NCBI GenBank assembly: GCA_964426865.1
Contig: CAYRTQ010000001.1
Location: 32,513 to 68,796 of the forward strand
From: an uncultured bacterium
Lineage (GTDB): Bacteria; Latescibacterota; Latescibacteria; Latescibacterales; Latescibacteraceae
Reading direction: 5' to 3'
Length of the DNA: 36,284 nt
Positions 18,014 to 25,711 of this stretch are shown in pieces. The notes beneath the pieces are model-generated. The model saw only the letters and a program-made list of their open reading frames with translations. It was not told the DNA's origin and searched no databases. Position numbers and translations under genes: made by a program. How positions within the stretch are numbered: position 1 is the first letter of the stretch; each line of letters begins with the position of its first letter.

Positions 18014-18667
18014 ATGAAAAAGGTGTTGATTCTTGTCGAAGGGCAAACGGAAGAAACCTTCGTGAATTGGGTCCTTTATGAACATCTTTATGGTCGAGAT
18101 ATACTTATTCTCCCGATAATCGTGACGACAAGGAGAGATGTCGACGGAGTGAAACATAAAGGCGGCTATATAAAATACGGTACAGCAAAAAAAGAGGTCC
18201 TGAGATTGCTTGGTGACAGCAGCGCCGACCTCGTGACAACCATGTTCGATTATTATGGACTTCCCGACGATTTCCCCGGTCGCACGAACATCGTCGGTGA
18301 TCCACACGAGAAAGTGTCAATAGTCGAGACCGGATTTAATCAAGATATCAACAACCCCCGTTTTTCCAGTTTTTTCTTCCTGCATGAGTATGAAGGATTG
18401 CTGTTTTCTTCACCGCCGGTTATCGCACAGGTCATGAATGAACCGAACAAAGAGCCGATTCTGAACTGCATCAGAGCATCTTTCCGGACTCCGGAAGATA
18501 TCAATGACAGCCCGGAAACCGCGCCCTCAAAGAGAATACGCAAAGAATTTCCAAAATATGAAAAGATTTTTCACGGAGCGACTATCGCCAGCCGCATCGG
18601 GCTTTCCACCATTCGGAAGGAATGCCCTCACTTCAACGAGTGGCTGAATCGAATTGAACGCCTGTAA
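18014..18667 (+). CDS. DUF4276-like protein (putative Toprim-like nuclease partner of the ATPase)
   Basis: The ATG lies 3 nt after the ATPase stop. 217 aa. N-terminus KKVLILVEGQTEETFV, then TTMFDYYGLPDDFPG and FFLHEYEGLLFS. This fits my recollection of the DUF4276 family, which is about 190-220 aa with a conserved Glu. Confidence 0.6.
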   Translation: MKKVLILVEGQTEETFVNWVLYEHLYGRDILILPIIVTTRRDVDGVKHKGGYIKYGTAKKEVLRLLGDSSADLVTTMFDYYGLPDDFPGRTNIVGDPHEKVSIVETGFNQDINNPRFSSFFFLHEYEGLLFSSPPVIAQVMNEPNKEPILNCIRASFRTPEDINDSPETAPSKRIRKEFPKYEKIFHGATIASRIGLSTIRKECPHFNEWLNRIERL

Positions 18668-18700
18668 ACTATAACATAAATCGGGAACTGAAGCCTTCTC

Positions 18701-19561
18701 ATGTCCATACTTCTCAATCGCAAGACCAAGGTCCTCGTGCAGGGGATCACCGGAAAGATCGGCAGCGTCCAGACCCACTGGATGAAGGAATACGGCGCCA
18801 ATATCGTGGCCGGGGTCACCCCGGGCAAGGGCGGCGGCGAAATCGAGGGCGTCCCCGTGTTCGACTCGGTGGACGAGGCAGTGCGGGCCACCGGAGCGGA
18901 AGCGTCCGTGTTCTTCGTCCCGGCCTCGGGCGTGCTCGATGCCTTCTTCGAGACGGTGACCGCGGGCGTCGGGCTCATCGTGGTGGTGCCGGAGCATGTG
19001 CCGGTGCACGATGTCATGCGGATGCGCGCGTTGGCGGAGGATATGGGGGTGTTCGCCCTCGGCCCCACCACGCCGGGCATCCTCACCCCCAACGAGGCCA
19101 AGATGGGCATCATGCCCGCCTCCCTCTTCACCCCGGGACGCATCGGCATCATCTCCCGGAGCGGAACCCTGGCCTACGAAATGGCCGGAATCCTCAGTGA
19201 TTCCGGGTACGGCCAGAGCACGGTGGTGGGAATGGGCGCGGACCCGGTGTCCCTCACCACGCTCACCCACATTCTGGAACTCTTCGAACACGACCCGGAC
19301 ACCGGTTCCGTGGTCATTGTCGGCGAGGTCGGCGGCGCGCAGGAAGAGATTGCGGCGGAGTACATCTCCAGCCACATGACCAAGCCGGTGGCGGCCTATA
19401 TCGCCGGACGGTTCGCCCCCGAGGGCAAGCGCATGGGCCACGCCGGAGCCATCGTCCGGGGGAATGCGGGAACCTACGCCGGGAAATGCGCGATACTCGC
19501 CGAAGCAGGGGTAAAGGTGCTGGAAACGCCGATGGATGTGGTGGAGTGGGCGGCGTCATAA
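18701..19561 (+). CDS. sucD: Succinyl-CoA synthetase alpha subunit
   Basis: MSILLNRKTKVLVQGITGKIG, SRSGTLAYE, and the catalytic His motif GKRMGHAGAIV. Confidence 0.9.
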   Translation: MSILLNRKTKVLVQGITGKIGSVQTHWMKEYGANIVAGVTPGKGGGEIEGVPVFDSVDEAVRATGAEASVFFVPASGVLDAFFETVTAGVGLIVVVPEHVPVHDVMRMRALAEDMGVFALGPTTPGILTPNEAKMGIMPASLFTPGRIGIISRSGTLAYEMAGILSDSGYGQSTVVGMGADPVSLTTLTHILELFEHDPDTGSVVIVGEVGGAQEEIAAEYISSHMTKPVAAYIAGRFAPEGKRMGHAGAIVRGNAGTYAGKCAILAEAGVKVLETPMDVVEWAAS

Positions 19562-19562
19562 G

Positions 19563-19695
19563 CGCCTGCGGCGCGTCATATGCGCTTCGCGCGTCAGTAG
19601 GGGCTTCGCCCCGTCATTGGCGCTTCGCGCGTCAGGTGCGCCTGCGGCGCGTCATTGGCGCTTCGCGCGGGATTGGCGCCCTGACGGGCGCGTGA
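19563..19695. repeat. Left arm: tandem array of 7 GC mini-hairpins spaced by GTCAnnn (alternating 18/20-bp period), inverted copy of 20254-20407
   Basis: Units GCGCC-TGC-GGCGC, GCGC-TTC-GCGC and GGGGC-TTC-GCCCC are each followed by GTCA(nnn). Core 19590-19670 is the reverse complement of 20292-20372 at 80 of 81 positions. Confidence 0.85.
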
Positions 19696-19796
19696 GAACC
19701 GTGGGAGATACGGCGGATTTCCCTTTCTCTGCTAAAAAGGCCGGTGATTTCATCCACTTTTTCCCAAGAGCATCCACTCATTCCCGAGAGCGCGAT

Positions 19797-20192
19797 ATGG
19801 AAATCGGCAAGAAACTGGATGATTTGCAGGTCTACCGGCTCTCGCTGGAAATCGGGGAATCGATCTGGCGCATTGTCGCCCGCTGGAGTTACTTTGAAAG
19901 GGACACCATCGGCAAGCAACTGGTCCGCGCGGCGGATTCCATCGCGGCGAACCTGAGCGAGGGATATGGGCGTTTCCATTACAAGGAAAACAAACAGTTT
20001 TGCTACTACTGCCGCGGGTCGATCTTCGAGACGGTCACATGGATCAACAAGGCGCGCCGCCGCGGTCTCGTTTCGGAAGACGAATACATCGACATCCTTC
20101 AGAAACTCCGGTCCCTCACGATCAAGGTGAACCGGTATATTCAATCCATCGGACGGGAATCGGGGAAAACACCTGAACACTTTCCCGGATAA
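19797..20192 (+). CDS. Four-helix-bundle protein (23S rRNA intervening-sequence protein / Avd-like family)
   Basis: DLQVYRLSLEIGESIWRIV.....FERDTIGKQLVRAADSIAANLSEGYGRFHYKENKQFCYYCRGSIFETVTWINKA is the characteristic pattern of this family. 131 aa. Confidence 0.8.
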   Translation: MEIGKKLDDLQVYRLSLEIGESIWRIVARWSYFERDTIGKQLVRAADSIAANLSEGYGRFHYKENKQFCYYCRGSIFETVTWINKARRRGLVSEDEYIDILQKLRSLTIKVNRYIQSIGRESGKTPEHFPG

Positions 20193-20253
20193 TCGTTTCC
20201 AAACCTGAAACACATGACAGAAGCCGCCCTTCATAACCGCGCCGAAACCTCTT

Positions 20254-20407
20254 CTGACGCGAAGCAAATGACGCGTCGCAGACGCTTATGACGCGCGAAG
20301 CGCCAATGACGCACCGCAGGCGCACCTGACGCGCGAAGCGCCAATGACGGGGCGAAGCCCCTACTGACGCGCCGCGGCGCTTCTGACGCGCGAAGCGCTC
20401 ATGACGG
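20254..20407. repeat. Right arm: inverted tandem array of 8 GC mini-hairpins (TGAC-spaced)
   Basis: Its reverse complement reads GTCAnnn plus hairpin, eight times. The 81-nt core 20292-20372 matches 19590-19670 with one C/T difference. It ends about 30 nt before the next gene's ATG. Confidence 0.85.
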
Positions 20408-20435
20408 TTCACGTTCCTTGCAACAGGAGTTGTAC

Positions 20436-21659
20436 ATGTCCTTTCCCAGAATGGTCAAAATCCGTCAAATCTTCGACCGGACCCGCATCGAGGATATAGA
20501 AGGCGAACTCACTTCCCGCATCGTGGCTTCCGGCCTGCTTTCCCGGGTCCGGCCCGGCATGCGGGTAGCGGTCACCGCGGGCAGCCGGGGCATCGACCGT
20601 ATCCCCCGGATATTGAAAACGGTGATCGGGCTGCTCCGGGAGGCCGGAGCGACCCCCTTCATCATCCCGGCGATGGGATCCCATGGCGGCGGCGCCGCAC
20701 AGGGACAGATCGAGATGCTGGAGAGTCTCGGCATTACGGAAGCGGGCATGGGCGTTCCGATTGTATCGTCCATGGAGACGGTCATCCTGGGCGAGACTCC
20801 TTCCGGCGCGCCGGTGCACCTGAACCGGGTCGCGATTGAGGCCGACGGCATCGTGGTGATCAACCGGGCGAAACTGCACACCGCGTTCCACGGCCCGGTG
20901 GAGAGCGGGATGTGCAAAATGGTGGCGGTGGGCCTGGGCAAGAAGAACGGCGCCGAAACCATGCACAAGTACGGCCTCGGGGGGGTAATCACCGAAACGT
21001 TCCGCACGGTCCGCGACACAACGGGCAAAATCCTTTTCGGCGTGGGCATCCTGGAGAACGCGTTCGATGAGACATTCGACATCCGGGTGGCCGCGCCGGA
21101 AGCGTTCGAGGAGGTGGATCACGCCCTGCTGGAGCGCTGCCGCGAGCTCATTCCGCGCATCCCGGTGCGGGAATTCGATATCCTCATCGTGGACGAGATG
21201 GGGAAAAACATCTCCGGAACGGGAATGGACACCAATATCATCGGGTTCTGGCGACGTTTCGGCGGTGAGAAGATCCCGGATTACAAAACCCTCATTGTCC
21301 GCGATCTCACCGAAGCGAGCCACGGCAACGCCATGGGTATCGGGTTCGCCGATCTCATCCCCCGCCGACTCTTCGAAAAGATTGACCTGAAAGCCACGTA
21401 CACCAACGGCATCGCGTCCAATACCTGGTCCATCGTCCGCATTCCCATCACCCTGGAAAACGACCGCGAGTGCATCGCAGTCGCGCTGGAAAAGCTCTCT
21501 TCCGGCCCGGCGAGAGTGATTCGCATCCGTAACACCCTCGCCCTCGATGCATTGCAGGTTTCGGAGAGTCTGCTCGACACGCTTTCCGGAAGGCCGGATA
21601 TCGAGGTTCGGGGAGAACCGGAAGAGATGACCTTCGATTCCGGGGGGAATCTGATCTGA
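20436..21659 (+). CDS. Conserved protein, possibly LarA-N/DUF2088-like domain protein (function unknown)
   Basis: AGGAG lies 6 nt upstream of ATG 20436. Coding-like composition and conserved-looking blocks (VAVTAGSRGI, IIPAMGSHGG, IVVINRAKLHT, ILIVDEMGKNISGTGMD). The family assignment comes from memory only. Confidence 0.35.
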   Translation: MSFPRMVKIRQIFDRTRIEDIEGELTSRIVASGLLSRVRPGMRVAVTAGSRGIDRIPRILKTVIGLLREAGATPFIIPAMGSHGGGAAQGQIEMLESLGITEAGMGVPIVSSMETVILGETPSGAPVHLNRVAIEADGIVVINRAKLHTAFHGPVESGMCKMVAVGLGKKNGAETMHKYGLGGVITETFRTVRDTTGKILFGVGILENAFDETFDIRVAAPEAFEEVDHALLERCRELIPRIPVREFDILIVDEMGKNISGTGMDTNIIGFWRRFGGEKIPDYKTLIVRDLTEASHGNAMGIGFADLIPRRLFEKIDLKATYTNGIASNTWSIVRIPITLENDRECIAVALEKLSSGPARVIRIRNTLALDALQVSESLLDTLSGRPDIEVRGEPEEMTFDSGGNLI

Positions 21660-21680
21660 CCTTTCGACGCGTAAAAAAAG

Positions 21681-21714
21681 TCCCCGCAATCTCGGAGAGA
21701 GAGCGGGGATTTTT
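21681..21714. terminator. Bidirectional rho-independent terminator between convergent genes
   Basis: TCCCCGC (21681-21687) pairs with GCGGGGA (21703-21709). TTTTT follows and AAAAAAA precedes. Confidence 0.7.
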
Positions 21715-21775
21715 ACGTTCATGGAAGCAGCCTGGCTCCCCAAATGACTTCTCGTATTCCCGTTTGTCCATTCAT

Positions 21776-22381
21776 CTATCGGGGACTGGTGGCGCCACCG
21801 GCGCCGGTGGTATCCGACCCGGCGCCCGATCCCGTTCCGGGGGTGGTCCCGCGGGTCGCGCCGGTTCCGGTCCCTCCGGGGGTGGTTGTCCCCTCGCCGC
21901 TGGCGATGAACTGCTGCATGTAATTCCCGAGATACTGGCTGGCCAGTTGCTGTTGACGCGCATCCAGAACACTCTGGGCCTCAATATGGGCGTTCACGGC
22001 CCGGACCAGCAGATCGGCGAGCATGGCGCTGGTATCCTGAATACGGCTGTCCAGTTGATCCCGGTTGACATTCGGATCACGAAGCATGGTCTGAATTTCC
22101 TGCATCGCGGTCTGCAACGAATCACGCGTACCTTGTGTTTCGCTCAGGAACTGTTCCCTGCGGGTCTGCAGTGCCTGACGCTGCTCTCCGGTCAGCCTCA
22201 ACTGGGTGGCGTGGTCAAGGTAGAAGTGGAAATAGTTCCCCAGAGTCTGGGTTTTGCTCTTCTGCGTTGTTGTCGTTTTGGATTTCCCGGTGCTTCTTTT
22301 CGTCTGGGCATAGCTTATCCCAATCAGGCTTGCCATGACGAGGATGAACGCAAGTATGGATAGTCTTCTGAGTATTTTCAT
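21776..22381 (-). CDS. Periplasmic Spy/CpxP-family (LTXXQ-type) protein with Gly/Thr-rich C-terminal tail
   Basis: Signal peptide MKILRRLSILAFILVMASLIGISYAQ. LRLTGEQRQALQ and DARQQQLASQ match LTXXQ-like helices. Low-complexity tail TTTPGGTGTGATRGTTPGTGSGAGS. Confidence 0.65.
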   Translation of the reverse strand: MKILRRLSILAFILVMASLIGISYAQTKRSTGKSKTTTTQKSKTQTLGNYFHFYLDHATQLRLTGEQRQALQTRREQFLSETQGTRDSLQTAMQEIQTMLRDPNVNRDQLDSRIQDTSAMLADLLVRAVNAHIEAQSVLDARQQQLASQYLGNYMQQFIASGEGTTTPGGTGTGATRGTTPGTGSGAGSDTTGAGGATSPR

Positions 22382-22449
22382 GGGTATTCTCCTGTGATTG
22401 CACTCGATCGGAATGGTGCGTCGCACCCTGTCTTCCGGGTGATCCCCGG

Positions 22450-23109
22450 TCAGTACACGCCGCCGGTATCGCTCGGAGCGGTATTCCGCTGGTTACGGCG
22501 CATCAAGTTGTCATCGATGCCCATCATGGCGCAATAGCCGGTGGTCTCATACTGCATGGCCATTCTCCGTTGATCCGGGGTCAGGATGTTCCGGGCGTCG
22601 GCCTGAGCCTGAACGGTTTGGATCAGGAAGTTGGTGGTCGCATCCTGGCTGTCCCGTATCCGGCTGGTGACCTGGGAAACATTGATGGCGTCCTGGTCCA
22701 GCAACTGACAGATATCCACCATGTTGGTCTGCATTTTGGCGCGGGCGTCGATGGTGTTCTTCATGAATGCGGCGCGACGGTCCTTGAGTTGGGCGACCTG
22801 CTGGTCGGTGAGATTGAGATCCCGGGAATGCATCAGATACAGGTTGATATTGTTCAGATACATCATGCCGAGATTCATCATTCCCGGCCCCATGCCCATC
22901 ATGTGTCCCATCATCATGCCGCTGCTGTCCGCCATCCCCCTCCCCATGCCCATCATGCCGGTGGTGTCGCCCGGGGTTACCCCCCTTTCCGTCCGGGGCA
23001 TGGTTCGCGGCGCCGGTCGCCGGGTCTGTGATGTCGCAATGCTTACCGTGGTAATCGCAGTAAAGAGTATCAGCAACAGGAAGACAAGTATTCTGTTTTG
23101 CCGTTCCAT
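22450..23109 (-). CDS. Periplasmic Spy/CpxP/ZraP-like protein with Met/Gly-rich metal-binding-like segment
   Basis: A GGAGG RBS precedes ATG 23109. Signal peptide ILVFLLLILFTAITTVSIATSQ. Met-rich stretch GMMGMGRGMADSSGMMMGHMMGMGPGMMNLGMM. LTXXQ motifs LNLTDQQVAQL and LTPDQRRM. Confidence 0.7.
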   Translation of the reverse strand: MERQNRILVFLLLILFTAITTVSIATSQTRRPAPRTMPRTERGVTPGDTTGMMGMGRGMADSSGMMMGHMMGMGPGMMNLGMMYLNNINLYLMHSRDLNLTDQQVAQLKDRRAAFMKNTIDARAKMQTNMVDICQLLDQDAINVSQVTSRIRDSQDATTNFLIQTVQAQADARNILTPDQRRMAMQYETTGYCAMMGIDDNLMRRNQRNTAPSDTGGVY

Positions 23110-23795
23110 GGTTTTTCCTCCTTGCCTGTGAGCGCGTGTCATTCCCGGGATCATGACAGGGCGGGCAATCATCCCGTCCGCCGCTGCTTTTTCCGCCCGT
23201 CCCGTTCCCGAACGGGCCTCGCCCGGTGGTTTGCCTCCGGGGGATGGCGGCACACCGGCGGGCTTCACGCCTGATCCCGTCCCTCCTCGATTCCACCGGG
23301 CCATGGATGCCCCGCGGACAGGGTTTCAACAACATAAAGGACCATACCCGTTCAGAAATGCTCAACCGGGTAATCAGGGAGATACCAGAATAAGGGCATT
23401 TATTCTAGTATCTTAATATTATAATTTAACTCCGTGCCGCCGCCCCTGTCAAGCTTTTTATCCGGCCGCAATCCTTCAAGGCGTGAATAAAAGATCAATG
23501 GCGCCCGGCTATCCCCCGTTCCCCCGCATCCACGGGATACGGAACGGAGAACGGTTTATCACTCCCGCCGGCTTCGACTCCGCAGAGGACGGAGGCCGGA
23601 GCGGCCTTTTTCCCGACGGGGCGAACGCGTCCATTTTTCCCGGTTTTGAAGGGGCGGCGCATGACCGGCGCGTTCCGTCCCCTTCGCCGTTCACCGCACG
23701 GCAGGTGCTTCCGATATATTACTCTGGAAGCTGTATCGAAATTTGTGTATATTACGCGGGAAGGATATAAAAGAAGAAAGGGGTTGGAGAAATAT

Positions 23796-24581
23796 ATGGA
23801 TTCCGCGAAGATAGATCGTAAACTGGGCGACGAGTGGGAGGACTGGACCGGCGAACTGGACGAGAGCGTCTCGTACCATGAAACCACCGGCCTCTTCGTA
23901 CTGTATGCGTCCCTGGCGTTGCTTTTCCTGATGGCGGGGCTGGGATTCGCCCTGTACATGGTGGAACCGAGGCTGGCGCTGGTGCATCCCCTGCTCGTAT
24001 ATGCGGCGAGAGGAGCCGCCATCCTGTTCGCGCTCATCTCCCTGGGGCTGGCGGTCATCGTGGCGGTCAGCGCTTTCACCGGGAAAAATCTCCTGTTCAA
24101 CAGCCGTATCGGGCAGGTGGCGACTTCCCGCATTCTCCCGCTGGCTCTGGCTCTGGCCCGATGGGTCGGCATCTCGAGGGATCGTCTGGGCAATTCCTTC
24201 GTGTGCTTTTTCAATGCCGTGGTGCGCGCCAGCCATCGTCCGGGGAAAGGGAAAACCATCATCCTGATTCCCCGCTGTCTTGAGGCGGAGATGCGGAAAT
24301 CCGTGCAGGAAATGGGCGCCCGCGCCGGAGTGAGCGTCTTCGTGGCCACCGGCGGCGGCGAGGCCCGCAAAGCCATTCACAGGGAACGCCCCTCCGCGGT
24401 GATTGCCGTGGCCTGCGAACGCGATCTTGTCAGCGGCATCCACGATGTGGCGCCCAAGGTCACCACCCTGGGAGTGATCAACCAGCGTCCCGAGGGACCC
24501 TGCAAGAACACCCTCATCGACCTGGGGGAGCTTCGCACCGCGATTCAGACCCTGACGGGAGTCAATGTTGAGCAATCATAA
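23796..24581 (+). CDS. DUF116-family membrane-anchored protein
   Basis: N-terminal hydrophobic helices (LFVLYASLALLFLMAGLGFALYMV; AAILFALISLGLAVIVAV). C-terminal ILIPRCL...VIAVACERDLVSG...GPCKNTLID matches my memory of DUF116 conserved blocks. Confidence 0.55.
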   Translation: MDSAKIDRKLGDEWEDWTGELDESVSYHETTGLFVLYASLALLFLMAGLGFALYMVEPRLALVHPLLVYAARGAAILFALISLGLAVIVAVSAFTGKNLLFNSRIGQVATSRILPLALALARWVGISRDRLGNSFVCFFNAVVRASHRPGKGKTIILIPRCLEAEMRKSVQEMGARAGVSVFVATGGGEARKAIHRERPSAVIAVACERDLVSGIHDVAPKVTTLGVINQRPEGPCKNTLIDLGELRTAIQTLTGVNVEQS

Positions 24582-25614
24582 GCACAAAGTCGTGGGGATG
24601 TTTTCCGGCGGCCTCGATTCCATCCTGGCGCACCGCATCATGGTTCTGGAAGGGTTCGAAGTCATCGCGCTCCACTTTTATACCGGTTTCAACGGCGTAC
24701 TGGCCCGCGAGATTGGAGAGACTCCCCCCTGGAAGTGGAATCCCCCGCCGGAAGTGGTGGAATCCGCCCTCCGGGCGGGGGCGCGTCTTCTTCCCATGGA
24801 CGTGGGCGGTCAGGAATACCTGGACATCCTCTCCAACCCCTGTTACGGCTATGGTTCCGCGGCCAATCCCTGCATCGACTGCCGGATATACCTGCTCAAG
24901 AAGGCGAAGGAGGTTATGGAGGAAGAGGGCGCCATCCTCGTGTTCACCGGGGAAGTGCTCGGCCAGCGCCCCATGTCCCAGATGCGCTCTTCCATGAACC
25001 TGGCGCTGAAAAAGAGCGGGCTGGAAGGCAGACTGCTCCGTCCCCTCTCCGCCAAGCTGCTGGATCCCACCATTCCGGAGCAGGAAGGCATCGTGAACCG
25101 CGACCACCTCTACGGTTTTTCCGGACGCTCCCGCAAGCCGCAGCAGGAACTGGCGCGTCAGTTCGGCATTGACACCTACCCCTCCCCCGCGGGGGGGTGC
25201 CTGCTCACCGATGTGAGTTTCGGGAACAGGTTTCAGGATCTCCTGGCCCACCTCGGCGACCATCGCCTGTCCCTGACCGACCTGAATTCCATCAAAACCG
25301 GACGTCACCTCCGGCTTCCCAGCGGAATCAAAATCATCGTGGGACGCACCGACCAGGAGAACCGGTATCTGGAGGACCTCCTCCACGGGAGCGCATGGAT
25401 GTTCGACGCCCGCGATTATTCCGGCGCCACCGTGTTCATGCTCGGCGAGCCGGCCCCCGGGGACTTTCTCCGGGCGGCCTCCATCACCGCCCGCTACAGC
25501 AAGGGCAGGGACCGGGAGAGCGTCGTGGTCATCGCCCGAGGGGACCGCGAAACCCGTGAATTCACCGTGACACCGGCTTCCCAGGAAGAAATCGATCCGC
25601 TGTTGATCTATTGA
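24565..25614 (+). CDS. PP-loop ATP pyrophosphatase, ThiI/MnmA-like (adenine-nucleotide alpha-hydrolase superfamily)
   Basis: PP-loop VVGMFSGGLDS. CIDCRIYLLKKAKEVMEEEGAILVFTGEVLGQRPMSQ resembles the ThiI block C..CK......A......GA..IVTGESLGQVASQ. The start overlaps the DUF116 gene by 17 nt. Confidence 0.65.
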   Translation: MLSNHKHKVVGMFSGGLDSILAHRIMVLEGFEVIALHFYTGFNGVLAREIGETPPWKWNPPPEVVESALRAGARLLPMDVGGQEYLDILSNPCYGYGSAANPCIDCRIYLLKKAKEVMEEEGAILVFTGEVLGQRPMSQMRSSMNLALKKSGLEGRLLRPLSAKLLDPTIPEQEGIVNRDHLYGFSGRSRKPQQELARQFGIDTYPSPAGGCLLTDVSFGNRFQDLLAHLGDHRLSLTDLNSIKTGRHLRLPSGIKIIVGRTDQENRYLEDLLHGSAWMFDARDYSGATVFMLGEPAPGDFLRAASITARYSKGRDRESVVVIARGDRETREFTVTPASQEEIDPLLIY

Positions 25615-25711
25615 AAGAAACGGAACCAGATATCCATACATCCGGAGGACCACGGGGAAAGCATCTCGTCTTTCCCCTCATTTTCCATTTTTTCACGAAG
25701 GAGTGGCGGTC

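Noticed and set aside
19797-20192. Avd-like four-helix-bundle gene as part of a diversity-generating retroelement
   Set aside because: I found no reverse transcriptase ORF and no template/variable repeat pair with adenine-specific differences in the window.
19563-20407. Possible CRISPR array, because of short regularly spaced repeats
   Set aside because: The units are only 18-20 bp with 7-nt linkers and no unique spacers. The two arrays are inverted copies of each other around a gene. No cas genes are present.
19486-20412. Tracked ORFs running through the repeat arms (19486-19695 +, the N-terminal 87 aa of 19536-20192 +, 20122-20412 -)
   Set aside because: Their sequences are periodic translations of the mini-hairpin repeats (RASR/VIGASR). 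The real four-helix-bundle gene starts at ATG 19797.
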